Assembly: GCF_036971445.1 (NCBI RefSeq)
Contig: NC_091477.1
Span: forward strand, 27,466,001 to 27,530,000
DNA from: Narcine bancroftii
Taxonomy: Eukaryota
Length of the DNA stretch: 64,000 nucleotides
Reading direction: 5' to 3'
Part shown: in pieces, positions 13,206-25,287 of the stretch
Layout: the number at the start of each line of letters is the position of its first letter
How positions within the stretch are numbered: position 1 is the stretch's first letter
Program-made: the position numbers and the translations under genes
The notes under the pieces: model-generated
Seen by the model: the letters and a program-made list of their open reading frames with translations, nothing else
The model's database searches: none
Told to the model about the DNA's origin: nothing

Positions 13206-14340
13206 GATATTAGTGAGATTTCTTTGCATCTAGGAAATTCAATGACAAGAAGCTCAGTTCATGTATACCTTTCTTTAAAACAAAAGATTTCTTGCCAAAG
13301 TCTGAAATTGCAAATAACGCCTCAGCTCACTTTTTTTGAAATTTGATTCCTCTTGGAATAATGACATCTAAGCAGGCAGAGATACTAGGAATAGATTCAA
13401 AACTATCATTCTATACTCATCATACAACTTAATTGAAAGTTAAGAACAAGCATGTTCTCATCTTCAAAAGTACGTACTTTGTTGTGTAACAAATTGGTGA
13501 CTTGCCACCATGTTATCTAGGTATTGTCCCACTTGTCACTGCATACCCAGGGACCGGCTGAGTTCCTCCAGTATTTGTGTTTTTATAATCACAGCATCTG
13601 CAGACTTTTGTCTTTCACTCACTATTCCTCAAGAAATGGCTTTTTTTTAGAAATGGCTTTTTTTTTTAAATCGATGTGATTGAATGTACTTTCCTATGTT
13701 AATGTATTTTCTCTTCGTTCCTTTGATATCTTTAGTTACTACCAAACAATTTTGAGAGAGCCTTCCACCCTTCATTAAAATTTAAGATTAAGGTGAACGA
13801 TTCAGATAGAATAAAAAATAGAATTAATGCCAATCCTGACAAACAGTAATTACTGCCAATTTAAATCCTTTTGAACAGCCCTTATAGGAGCCCATCGATT
13901 CTGCAAAAGAAAAACATAAGACATAAGAACCAGTATTTATCACAGGTACTCAAAGGCAGCTAATGATACCTACATACTGGTGCTATTCCAACTTCATTGA
14001 AAAAGTGCTGTGGTGATGGTATTGGACAACACAATCCTAAATAAAGCAAACTAACCAAAATTATTAAGAAGTATATTGACGGCCCATGATTTAAGTAGGG
14101 TTCCAAAAGCTTCCACAGCATTTTTTGTCAATTAGGTAGACATTTTCAACCAAAATTTTGCATAGAAAGAACATAGAGGGAATAACGTGTTCCTTTGTAA
14201 AGGAAAACAGTTCCACATTTCAAAACTGAATACTGGGAAAATCTTCATGAAATAAATGCTGAAAATTAAACTATTCCACAGGTAGCATACAACAGGCAAA
14301 ATGCAGCAATATTGTTCAACAGTTAAATGTTCCTCTAAAA

Positions 14341-14712
14341 CAGTGGTTTTCAAACTGCCCCCCTAAACTCAGATTCCACCTTAAGCAATCCCTATGCCTT
14401 AATGCTCTGTGATTAGTAGAGGATTGCTTAAGGTAGTATGTGAGTGGAAAGAAAAAGTTTGAAAACCACTGTTTTAATCGTACCTAATTGACTAGTTATG
14501 TGCAGTCTTATAACTCCAAAGGAAATGGGCCAGTGACATTTTTTCTCAAGCAAAATATTTCAGTAACAATTGGGTCTAGAGCAGTGGTTCTCAACCTTCC
14601 CTTCCCACTCACATACCACCTTAAGCAATCCCATACAAATCACAGAGCATTTATGGAATAGGAATTGCTTAAGGTAGAATGTGAATTTAGGGGAGCAGTT
14701 TGAAAACCAGTG
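14341..14712. mobile_element. hAT-type MITE with two-module structure
   Basis: Terminal repeats cagtggttttcaaactg / cagtttgaaaaccagtg. Perfect 8-bp TSD ctctaaaa. Internal terminal-repeat copies end at 14471 and start at 14582. Confidence 0.92.
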
Positions 14713-15081
14713 CTCTAAAAGCTCCAGAGTCCAACACAACACTCCTAATGATTTCTCTCCAAACAAATCCTCGTGTGTTATTCCTCAAGGGGCCATTGTG
14801 ACAACTGAAATTATATCCCAGTTACACAATTGCAACCTTCAACATCAGCACTGACCAGCTTCATTCCATCTCAGGTGAAATAAGATTATTTCAAAGTTTT
14901 AGGACTGATGGCAATGCATCAAAAATGGATATGGAAAAGAAATACAGAGGCTGAGAATTAAAATAAAAAAAGAAAATGCTGCAAGTAGGTCAGGTGGGAT
15001 CTGTGGAAAGAGAAGCATTGTTGTTGCAGGTTGATGACCATTCTTTGTTTCGCTTCCATAATATACTGAATATTTCCAGCA

Positions 15082-16235
15082 ATTTACTGACAGTGATTAC
15101 AGAGGATCTGCTCGATCACTCCCATTTACTGACAGTGATTAGAGGATCTGCTCGATCACTCCCATTTACTGACAGTGATTACAGAGGATCTGCTCGATCA
15201 CTCCCATTTACTGACAGTGATTACAGAGGATCTGCTCGATCACTCCCATTTACTGACAGTGATTACAGAGGATCTGCTCGATCACTCCCATTTACTGACA
15301 GTGATTAGAGGATCTGCTCGATCACTCCCATTTACTGACAGTGATTACAGAGGATCTGCTCGATCACTCCCATTTACTGACAGTGATTACAGAGGATCTG
15401 CTCGATCACTCCCATTTACTGACAGTGATTAGAGGATCTGCTAGATCACTCCCATTTACTGACAGTGATTAGAGGATCTGCTCGATCACTCCCATTTACT
15501 GACAGTGATTAGAGGATCTGCTCGATCACTCCCATTTACTGACAGTGATTACAGAGGATCTGCTCGATCACTCCCATTTACTGACAGTGATTAGAGGATC
15601 TGCTCGATCACTCCCATTTACTGACAGTGATTACAGAGGATCTGCTCGATCACTCCCATTTACTGACAGTGATTACAGAGGATCTGCTCGATCACTCCCA
15701 TTTACTGACAGTGATTAGAGGATCTGCTAGATCACTCCCATTTACTGACAGTGATTACAGAGGATCTGCTCGATCACTCCCATTTACTGACAGTGATTAC
15801 AGAGGATCTGCTCGATCACTCCCATTTACTGACAGTGATTACAGAGGATCTGCTAGATCACTCCCATTTACTGACAGTGATTACAGAGGATCTGCTAGAT
15901 CACTCCCATTTACTGACAGTGATTACAGAGGATCTGCTAGATCACTCCATTTACTGACAGTGATTACAGAGGATCTGCTCGATCACTCCCATTTACTGAC
16001 AGTGATTACAGAGGATCTGCTAGATCACTCCCATTTACTGACAGTGATTACAGAGGATCTGCTAGATCACTCCATTTACTGACAGTGATTACAGAGGATC
16101 TGCTCGATCACTCCCATTTACTGACAATGATTACAGAGGATCTGCTCGATCACTCCCATTTACTGACAGTGATTACAGGGAATCAGCTCGATCACTCCCA
16201 TTTACTGACAGTGATCTGCTAGATTACTCCCATTT
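15082..16235. repeat. Minisatellite, 42/40-bp unit, about 27-28 copies
   Basis: Unit atttactgacagtgatt(ac)agaggatctgct(c/a)gatcactccc; no spacers. Confidence 0.98.
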
Positions 16236-17344
16236 AAACACTGATGAGTTTCAAAGTTTGAAATGTCTATACTTAATAGACAAAATGGAAGTATCAGAAA
16301 TATTAAACTGCATTTGTTCAATGATGGGAAATAAAAAATGTATTATTTATGTATTAATTTTCTCAATAACAATGCCCACTTCCAAAGGCTAAATCTACGT
16401 CACATAAATGTGAATGTGAATACTCTTCAGTCAGGAAATCTTTAAAAATGTTCCAACATTTAATTGAAAGGAAAAATTGTGCACCAATAAGCAAAATGGA
16501 TAGATAGGGGAAATCTTCATAAATTATTAAATTAAATAAAGTCAGAGGCACTTAGCACTCTGTCTTACAAAGAAATATTTTAGCAATCATGTAACCAATT
16601 GAAATAACTTTAGTATAAAGGCATATTTAAGAAATATATTTTGTACCCAACCTAAAGATTAAATAATATCCCATGGGACAAACACATCCTGAACTGTCCT
16701 GTATGACAACAGCCCCTAACAAATTAGAGCTTTAATAAAAATATTTCCAACACAAAATGTTGCCAATTAATTTCATTTAAGATCACCGAGGCAAAACATG
16801 CGGCATAAGAAAATCTTAGGCACTAATGTCGTGTTTATTGTCCTCTGAAAGCATGGTCTTAAGATAAATGCATCAAGCAGACATCATCTCACTTGCTGTT
16901 CAAATGAAATAAAGTAACATGCATTTTATCACGTCAAATACTTCCAATCATGGTACACCAAAACAGTGTGTATTATGCAGTCCCATAGAACCTCCTCCAA
17001 TATTATTTCAAATCAATCATCCAGGAAGTCAAAGATTCTGTCACTGTCGAAATGCAGTACATGTACTATAAAAGTGTAAAACAATGGGGAGAAAAAAAGG
17101 AATTTATTTCTATATTAAAAAGATGTTGTCTCAAACTTGAGCTTAGCTTGGCTATAAAAGCACATGCTACCAGTTACTCATTGCTTGAATTTAAAATTAT
17201 ACTGTACTTCGCATACTGTTTTGAATGCCATAAAACATGCAATAAACAAATGCACTGGGCAAAAAAAAAAAATCACCATCTTCACACAAACAGCAAACAC
17301 AAAAATCAAGGCAATGGGCAAACAGACCATAAATGTACACATAC

Positions 17345-17368
17345 CATATATCTCTTCCCATTCTGAAT
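17345..17368 (-). CDS. Candidate 24-nt frame-preserving microexon of the ANKHD1/ANKRD17 gene (adds DSEWEEIY)
   Basis: Minus strand: long pyrimidine tract ending tcctctcctcctgaag|ATTCAGAATGGGAAGAGATATATG|gtatgt. Phase 1-1, compatible with exon 2, no stop codon. A TGCATG motif lies about 105 nt downstream. No transcript evidence available. Confidence 0.55.
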
Positions 17369-19247
17369 CTTCAGGAGGAGAGGAAAAAGAAAAAAAAAAT
17401 AAGTAGAATGACTTTGTATATGTAATCTGAATTCCTTCCTTTAGAAAATGTGTTGTGTAAAAGGAAAAAAAACCAAGGCAAGAATCTTTTTCTCACCTTT
17501 TAGAAGCACAAATATTACACTTTCACCAATGTGACATTCATCTGAAGATCACTTCCCAAACCCACCCTCCCCCTCAAAAAATTTGTAGGTCTCGAGCAGT
17601 GAAATCTACCAGCTTTGAAGATGGTATCTTTGCCGACCTACATTAATACATTATTGACATTTCATGCTGTAAATGCTCTGAGTGAAATGTATAATGCCCA
17701 AATTAATACACACACCATCTAACAAACAAATTTCTCTTAGACCAGAGATCATAATTTTAGCAAAATTTTAAGGAGGAATTTCTTCCTCGAGACCTGGATT
17801 TTGCTAACTTTTGGCCATTCCGTTCAAAGATTTTTTTTTAAAAATCATTGATCTGACCAAATTGAAAAGTTATAGTACTTGTGTAGTTTAAATAGCAGTA
17901 ATAAAGGTGAAAATTGAGTTGCAAAATTTAAATAGACATGACAGACTTAAGTGTCTGATCTTGTGCAATGGTATTTCTCAGGCAGTACTGCAGATACGAG
18001 GAACTTTAAATGAAGTTTAAATACTAATTTTTTATCCAAAGAGAAAAAAAGTCCCATCTTTTTCAACATTAGACTAAATAGTGTAAAGAGGCATTGTTTA
18101 CAAGACATGCATCTTACAGTATATGGCATATAAAATGTAAACACCAAACATATCCTTCTTCACCTCCTCAAGTCTGATCAATGAAGTTCTCCAAAAAATC
18201 ATCCACAATATATACTAACCCATTACTGTTTAAAAGAAATATAAATTTATGGAATCCAGTAAAACATTGACAGCCAATTCCTTATTTCTTTCTCAATCGT
18301 ATGAAGTCATTACAATGATATACAAACTTAGCTACATTCAAAGTTTTTAATTATTCAATATTATTTAATATGCCAGAAAAGTTAAAGGCCCCACAAATGA
18401 AATAAAAGGATGGCAATATGGAATTCTCTAACCAACCAAAAAACAATTCTTAAAAAGTGATTAGTTCATTTTTTGGTTTATTGTAACATGTGCCTGAACT
18501 TAATGTTGAAATTAAATCCACTTTTCTCAAGAGAGCATTCATTTCCTTTGAAGTCCAGTGACTCCTTACACCAAGATACCCAACATGGACCCATAAGGTG
18601 AAATCATTCTCATCAAAATTCTTTCGGGTGGATAAAATCTTGAGAAATTAAAATCAAAATCTAAGAGTTGATTTGGGGAAAAGGATTTTCAAAAAAGCTA
18701 CAGTTAATTCAAAAGATATATTCACTTCAGGCCAAGTCTATGTCAGTTAACAGCCAAACAAAAAATGCAAGTCAAAGAAAAATTATTGAATGTTTGTACA
18801 TTCACCACAGCTTGGTGGCAGCAATGCTAAAAGAAAATTACTTGAATGTTTAATGAGAGAATGAATATCAAGACACTATTCAGTAGATAAATATTTTCAA
18901 GTTTAAATGAAGTCACAACTTTTACAAAAAAAAGTTTCATTAAATTTGGCAGAACTACATCAAACATTACACGTCTACATTCTTTTCCAAAAGCTCAAAT
19001 GTTCAAGAGTTTTGACAAGCTCCTTAAAATCAAGTTTTGTAACTCAAGTTTTTGATCATGCATTATTTTCTTGTCTGGTTCAATACCCATTAGTGATGCA
19101 GGAAGGCAGTTCAATGTTCCAGGTTCCATCGTTTAGGATGTGATAGAGAGGGAGGAACAAAAAAGGGGAGGGGTGCACACACAGGACAGATGAGAGGGCT
19201 CATCCACTGAGGCAAAATGTTTGAGTTGAGGAATGGGAAAGATATGA

Positions 19248-19485
19248 CCACGCAGTTAGTGCAATGCTGTTACAGTGCCACCGACTGGAACTGGGCTTCA
19301 AATCCTTCACTATATGTAAGGAGTTTGACGTTTTCCCTGTGTCTGCATGGGTTTTCCCCAGGAGCTCTAGCTTCCTCCTAACATTAAAAAAAAACATACA
19401 GTCGTCATTCAATTGGTTGTGATTGGTGGTGGGTAAAAATGACTTGTAACCGTGCAGTATGTCAAAATTTAAAAAATTAAAAATT
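19248..19485 (+). mobile_element. tRNA-derived SINE (V-SINE/HE1-like)
   Basis: gttagtgcaatgctgttacagtgcca...tgtaaggagtttgacgttttccctgtgtctgcatgggttttcc. Confidence 0.8.
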
Positions 19486-19494
19486 AATATGGCT

Positions 19495-22400
19495 GTATTA
19501 TAGACCACCAAATAGTCAGCAAGAATTGGAGGAGCAAATCTGCAGGGAGATACTAGACAGTAGCAGGAAACAAAGTTGTGATAGTAGGAAATTTTAACCT
19601 TCCACATATTGACCGAGTCTCTCATATTGTAGAATGACTGGATGACTTTGAATTTGTCAAATTTGTTCAGGAAAGTTTTCATATCGAGGTACCAACTAGA
19701 GAGAGTTCAATGCTGAATCAGAAATCAGTGTTGTGGAACACTTTGGGTCCAGTAATCATAATGCCATTATTTCAAGAAAATCATGGATAGGACAGGCTTG
19801 GTCCAGTAGAGATTCCAAATTGAAGGAAGGCTAATTTTGAAGAAATGACAAAGGATCTAGAAAGTTGGATTGGGCCAAGTTATTTTCTGGCAAGGATGTG
19901 CTCAGTAAGTGGAAATCCTTCATATGTGAAATTTGAGAGTACGGAGGTTGTCTATTCCTATAAGAATGAAAGGCAAAATTAACAGGCACAAGAACCTTGG
20001 TTTTTGAGGGTTATTGGGGGTGTACTTAAGAGAGGTGTGTAGCAGATATGGGCAACAAGGAGAAAATGAAGTACTTGTAGAGTAAAATAAATGCAAGAAA
20101 AAAACAAGGGAAATCAGGAAGGCTAAAAAAAAAGATGAGGTTGCTTTGGCAATGTGAAGGAAAATCTGAAGGGCTTTTTCTGGTATATTAAGAGCAAAAG
20201 GATAGCAAGGGGGAAAAAAATTGGTCCTCTTGAAGATCATTCAGCAATATATAGAGGCAGAGAAGATGGGGAAGATCTTAATTTTTTTTGCATCTGTATT
20301 TACTCAGGAAACTGGCACAGAGTCTAGGGAAATGAAACATACAAGCAGCAAGGTCATGGAACCTTTCAGATTAAAGGGGAGAAGGCATTTGCTGTCTTAA
20401 TGTGGATAAAAGTGGATATATTCCCAGGGCATGGCAAGATATTCCCTCAGATGTTGAGGGAGGCTAGTGCAGCAATTGCAGGTTCACTGGCAGATAGATT
20501 TAAAAGGTTCTTAGCCACGGTTGCTATGTTGAAGGATAGCTAATACTGTTGTGTTGTTTAAAAAAAAAATTCCAATAATAACCCAGGAAATTCTAACTTG
20601 GCAAGTTTGACATCAGAAGGCAAGTGTTCTAAGAGACTGGATATACAATTATTTGGATAGCCAGGGACTGATTAGGGAATCCCTGCATGGTAGGTCATGT
20701 TAAATAAATTATATAGAGGTTTGAGGATGTCACCAGGAAAGTTAATGAAGCAAAAGCTGTGAATGTTATCTACATGGATTTTAGTAAGACCTTTTACAAG
20801 GTCCTATATGGGAGATAAGATTAGTCAAAAAAGTTCAGTTCTTTGATATTCATGGTGAGGTAGTGAATTAGATTCTAAATGGACTTTAAGAGAGAAGCCA
20901 GAGAGTGGTCGTGGATGATTTTGTCTTTCTAATTGGAGGCCTGTGACTAGTGGTGTACCTCAAGGATTGTGCTGGGTCCATTATTGTGTGTCACCTATAA
21001 TCAATAATCTAGAAGATAATGTTGTAAATTGGATCAGCAAATTTGCAGGTGACACAAAGATTGGAGGTGTAATGGACAGCAGCAAGGTTTTCAAAACTGG
21101 CAGAGGGATCTGGACCAGCTGGAAAAATGGACTGCAAATTGGCAGATGGAATGGTAGGGCACTGAGAAGTACAGTAGAACAGAGAGATCTACAAATACAG
21201 ATACATAATTCCCTGAAAGTGGTGTCACAGGTGGATAGTGTCATAAAGTGAACTTTTGGCACAATGGCCTTCATAAATCAAAGTCTTGAGTCTAGGAGTT
21301 AGGATGTTATGGTAAGGTTGTACAAGACATTGGTGAGGCCAAATTTGGAATATTGTGTGCAGTTTTGGTCACCTAACTACAGGAAAATTATCAGTAAGAA
21401 TGAGAGAGTGCAGAGAAAATTTACTAGGACGTTGCTGGGACTTCAGGAACTGAGCTGCAGGGAAAAGTTAAACAGGTGAGGACTTTATTCCTTGGAGCAC
21501 AAAATAATGAGGGGAAATTTGATAGAGGTAAGAAAATTATCATGGAATCAGAATGTATTGTCATGAACAAGTCCTGATATTTGATGTTTTGCAGCAGCAT
21601 CAGAGTGAAAACATTCATATTATAACCATCTTACAACATTACTATAAATAAAAAAGGGTGCACAAAAAGTAAGGTAGTGTCTTGGGTTCATTGATTATTC
21701 AGGAATCTGATGGGGAAGAAGCTATCTTTGTACCGTTGAGAGCTCTTATTTAGGCTCCTGTACCCCTTCCCGATGGTAGCAGAGTGAAGAGGGCATGGCC
21801 TGGTGGTGGGGGTCTTTGAGGATAGAGGCTGCTTTTTTAATACACTGCCTTGTAGATATCCTCGATGGGAGTGGTCTGGTGCCTGTGATGTCACAGGCTG
21901 AGTTAACAACCCTCTGGAGTTTATTCTTGTCCTGAGCGTTGGCACCTCCATACCAGATAGTGATGCAACCACAGCCAGAATGCACTCCATGTTAGACCTG
22001 TAGAAGGTTTTGAGAATTTTCGGTGACATACCAAATCTCCTCAGACACCTCACAAAGTATAGCCACTGGCGAGCCGCCTTTGTGATTGCATCAACGGGAA
22101 GGCTCCAGGACAGATCCTCAGAGACGTTGACACCCAGGAATTTGAAATTCTTGACCCTCTCACTACTGAGCCCTTGATGAGAACTAGGTTGTGTTTCCCT
22201 AACTTCCTTCTTAAGTCCACATCATCTCCTTGGTTTTGAGTGCAAATCAATAGATATAGATAGAGTAAATGCAAGTAGGCTCCCCCCCACCCTCACTGAG
22301 GTTAGGTGAGGTACAAACCAGAAGACTTGGGTTAAGGGTGAAAGGGGAGAAGTTTTGGGGGAACATTTGGGGGAATTTCTTCAGTGAGTGGTGGGAGTTT

Positions 22401-22590
22401 GGAATGAGATGCCAGCTGAAGTGATGAATGGGAGTTCAATTTTAAAAATTAAGAAAAATTTGGACAGGTACATGGATGGGAGGCAGGTGGAGAGATATGG
22501 AATGGGTGCATGACAGTGGGACTCGGCAGAATAATTCTTCAGCACAGACTAGAAGGGTTGAAGGTACTGCTTTTGTTCTATGGTTTTACC
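19495..22590 (+). mobile_element. Long decayed CR1 LINE (late endonuclease region, RT and 3' end)
   Basis: Motifs VTSGVPQG, ISKFAGDTKIGG and LYKTLVRPNLEYCVQFWSP, with many frameshifts. Confidence 0.92.
21545..22240 (-). mobile_element. Rex/Babar-like LINE 3' end nested in the CR1
   Basis: RCLRRFGMSPKILKTFYR, CITIWYGGANAQDKNKLQRVVNSA and YKDSFFP. CR1 sequence is continuous across the insertion. Confidence 0.85.
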
Positions 22591-23454
22591 TCTTGGCATT
22601 TTAGTATGTTAAAGGGACATAATGCATCCCCTTGCTAATGTCTAGTTTTTAGAAATGAAGGTTCAAGAGATGTGCATTTATTTTAAACAAGTGTATTGAT
22701 TTATTTTTACTTACAAAACATAAATCCAGAAGTCATTGTTTTCTCACTTTTCTCCCTTTCCCTCCACTTTTCCATGATCACTTTTTTTTTAAATCTATCA
22801 GCAACATTTCCAATCCACAAGTTTACTTCCAATTAAACCAATGGATCATAAAGATCAATGAGCCTTTGAACAATTACTACTCTCGATTAAGTACCTCCAG
22901 CAAATTCTGTTTTAAAAAGCTTCAGCAGATTCCTAAACCATGAGCTTCAAACTATATCCAACATATCAACATCCCTCTGCCATCTGTGAAGTCAACAATC
23001 AAGTCAAGTAAATTGTATGCAACCAGGAATCAAAAGAAGATGCAAGAATGAAACAATCTATATCCTGTTGCCTGGGAACTAGAAGGGGCAATGGCAGGGC
23101 CAATAGCAGTTAGAAGTCATGAGAAGATGCCTGGTTCCATGAATGGCACATGAATCAGCAAAGTAGACAATGAAAAAGGAGCTTAAATGTACTTATTTAG
23201 AAACTAAATTACCATTGCTTAATATTTAAAAAAGAAAATCTCTCATGCCTACAAGGCATGTTACATGAATTCAACGCCCTGAAAAAAAAATCATTGCACA
23301 ACTTAATTCACTCTACCATTAAACTACAAAGCACAGGTTACAGTTAGATCAACAAAAGTCTGGAAAATTGTTCCAATTTCTTCCTCCTCTCACTTTATGA
23401 CCTTGAATTTGTGCCAGATTTTGCATTCACAAATACATAAAAATTTAGTGAAAC

Positions 23455-25285
23455 AAAAAATTCTGCAGACACTTTGATTGCAGATTACACAAAAATGCTG
23501 GAGAAACTCAGCAAGTTATACCTTGTTCTTTATATGGCAAAGTTAAAGATACATGACCAACGCTTCCGGCCAAAGCCCTTCATCAAGGTATGAGAAAAAG
23601 CAGCAAAAGAATGGTTGGGGAGGAGCTCAGGCCCACAGGCATAGGTGGATATGGGTAGGAGGGCACGGAGACAAAAATGCTGATGGGGGAGGCGATACCT
23701 CGCTGAATGGAGTGGGAAGGGGGTAGAGAGCTGGAGGAAAAGAAATAGAGGGAGTCAGGGGAGGGGCCTAACAGAAACTAGAGAAGATAATGTTAATGCC
23801 ATCTGGTTGGAGAGAGGCCAGACCAAATATTAGATGTTGCTCCTCCAATTTGTAAGTGCCTCCAGTTTAGCAGTGCACGAGATCATGGGCAGACATGTCA
23901 GCATGGGAGTGGGATATGCAAGTGAAATAGTTGACGACTGGGAGGTTCCCACTATAGCAGCGGATAGAGAGGTGTTCAATGAAACGATCTCCCAAATCAG
24001 CCACAATGAGAGCTCTGGATGTAGTAGATGACTTCTAAAGATTCATAGATGAAGTGTTGTTTCACGTGGAAGGGCTGATTGGAACCCTAAATAGTGGGGA
24101 GGGAGAAAGTGTGGGCACATTTAGTACTTCCTGCTATCACGGGGGTGCATGACAAGGAAGGAATGAGTGGATGAGCAAGTTGAGGCGGGAGCAATCCCTG
24201 CAGAGGCAGAGAGGAAGATGGGTCTGGTGGTGGGATTACATGGTGGGTGGTGGAAATTGCAGAGGATAACATGTTGGATGTCTAGGTTGATGGGGTGGTA
24301 AACAAGGACAAGAGGAATATGGTCCTTATTGCATCTAGGCACAGAGGGCGCCAGGGCAGATGTGTGGGAAATGGAGAAGATGTGGGTAAGGTGAGTTAAT
24401 TGTGGCAGAAGGGGAAGGTACTTTTTGAAGAAGGAGGCTATCTCAAATGATCTGGAAGGGAAGACCTTATCCTGGGAACAGATTCTACAGAGACGGAGGT
24501 ATTTAGAGAAAGCAAAAGAAACCTTACAGAGGACAGGGTGTGAAGAGGTAATTGTGAGAGTTGTTGGGTTTGTATAAAACATCAGCAGAGTTTGTCTCCT
24601 TAGATGGGGACAGAGAGAGAGAGATTGAGAAAGGGGTGTGTTGCCAGAGAGATGGACCATGAATTTGGGGTTGGGGTAAAAGTTAGCAGCCAAGTGAATA
24701 GAGTTGACAAGCTCATATGGGTGCATGAGGTAGCACCAATATAGTTGTCAATGTCATGGAGGAAGAGTTGAGGAACTTTGCCTGTGTAGGCTTGTCACAT
24801 GGATTACTCTTCGTAGACATCAAAAAAGCAGGCATAGCTGAGACCCAATGGCTACTCCTTTGGCTTAGAAAAAGTAGGCTGAGTCAAAGGAGGTTATTAA
24901 GGATGAGAACAAGTTTTGCCACGTGGAGATGGTGAAAACACTGAAGTCTTTGAAACCTTTGATATGGGGGATGGAGGTGTTTTGAGATTGGACGTCCATA
25001 GTGTAAATGATGTGATAGAGTTCAAAGAATTGGAAGTTCTTGAAGAGACAGAGGGCAATATCAGGTACTGCAGATGTAGGTAGAAATAGATTAGACTGAG
25101 GGGGGGGGGGGCTTGATGCTCTTTGGTGGGGTTCTGTTGAAGGGGCGAGGAGGTGTCTGAGAGTTATTGTCTGGCTTCACCAGACCACAACTGCACCTCC
25201 CTTGTCTGCAGGTTTGATTGTGAGGAGAGGATTGGTGCTAAGAGAGTGGAGGGCAGAGCATTTCGAGGGGGAGAGATTGGAATAA
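23455..25285 (-). mobile_element. Penelope-like retroelement, decayed (RT plus GIY-YIG endonuclease)
   Basis: TIKPADKGGAVVVW, RT motif LFLHDIDNYIG, FSKYLRLCRICS, IPLVLVYHP and GIY-YIG remnant VIYYIQSSHCG...LGDRFIEHL. Confidence 0.88.
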
Positions 25286-25287
25286 GT

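Noticed and set aside
13854-13900. Strong-looking minus-strand acceptor (ttttcttttgcag) at 13901
   Set aside because: The nearest donor is weak and gives 47 nt (frameshift), and read-through hits a stop. A poison exon is not excluded, but nothing else supports it.
14976-16082. Repetitive ORFs; possible CRISPR array
   Set aside because: Minisatellite with no unique spacers; 2-bp indels break the frames.
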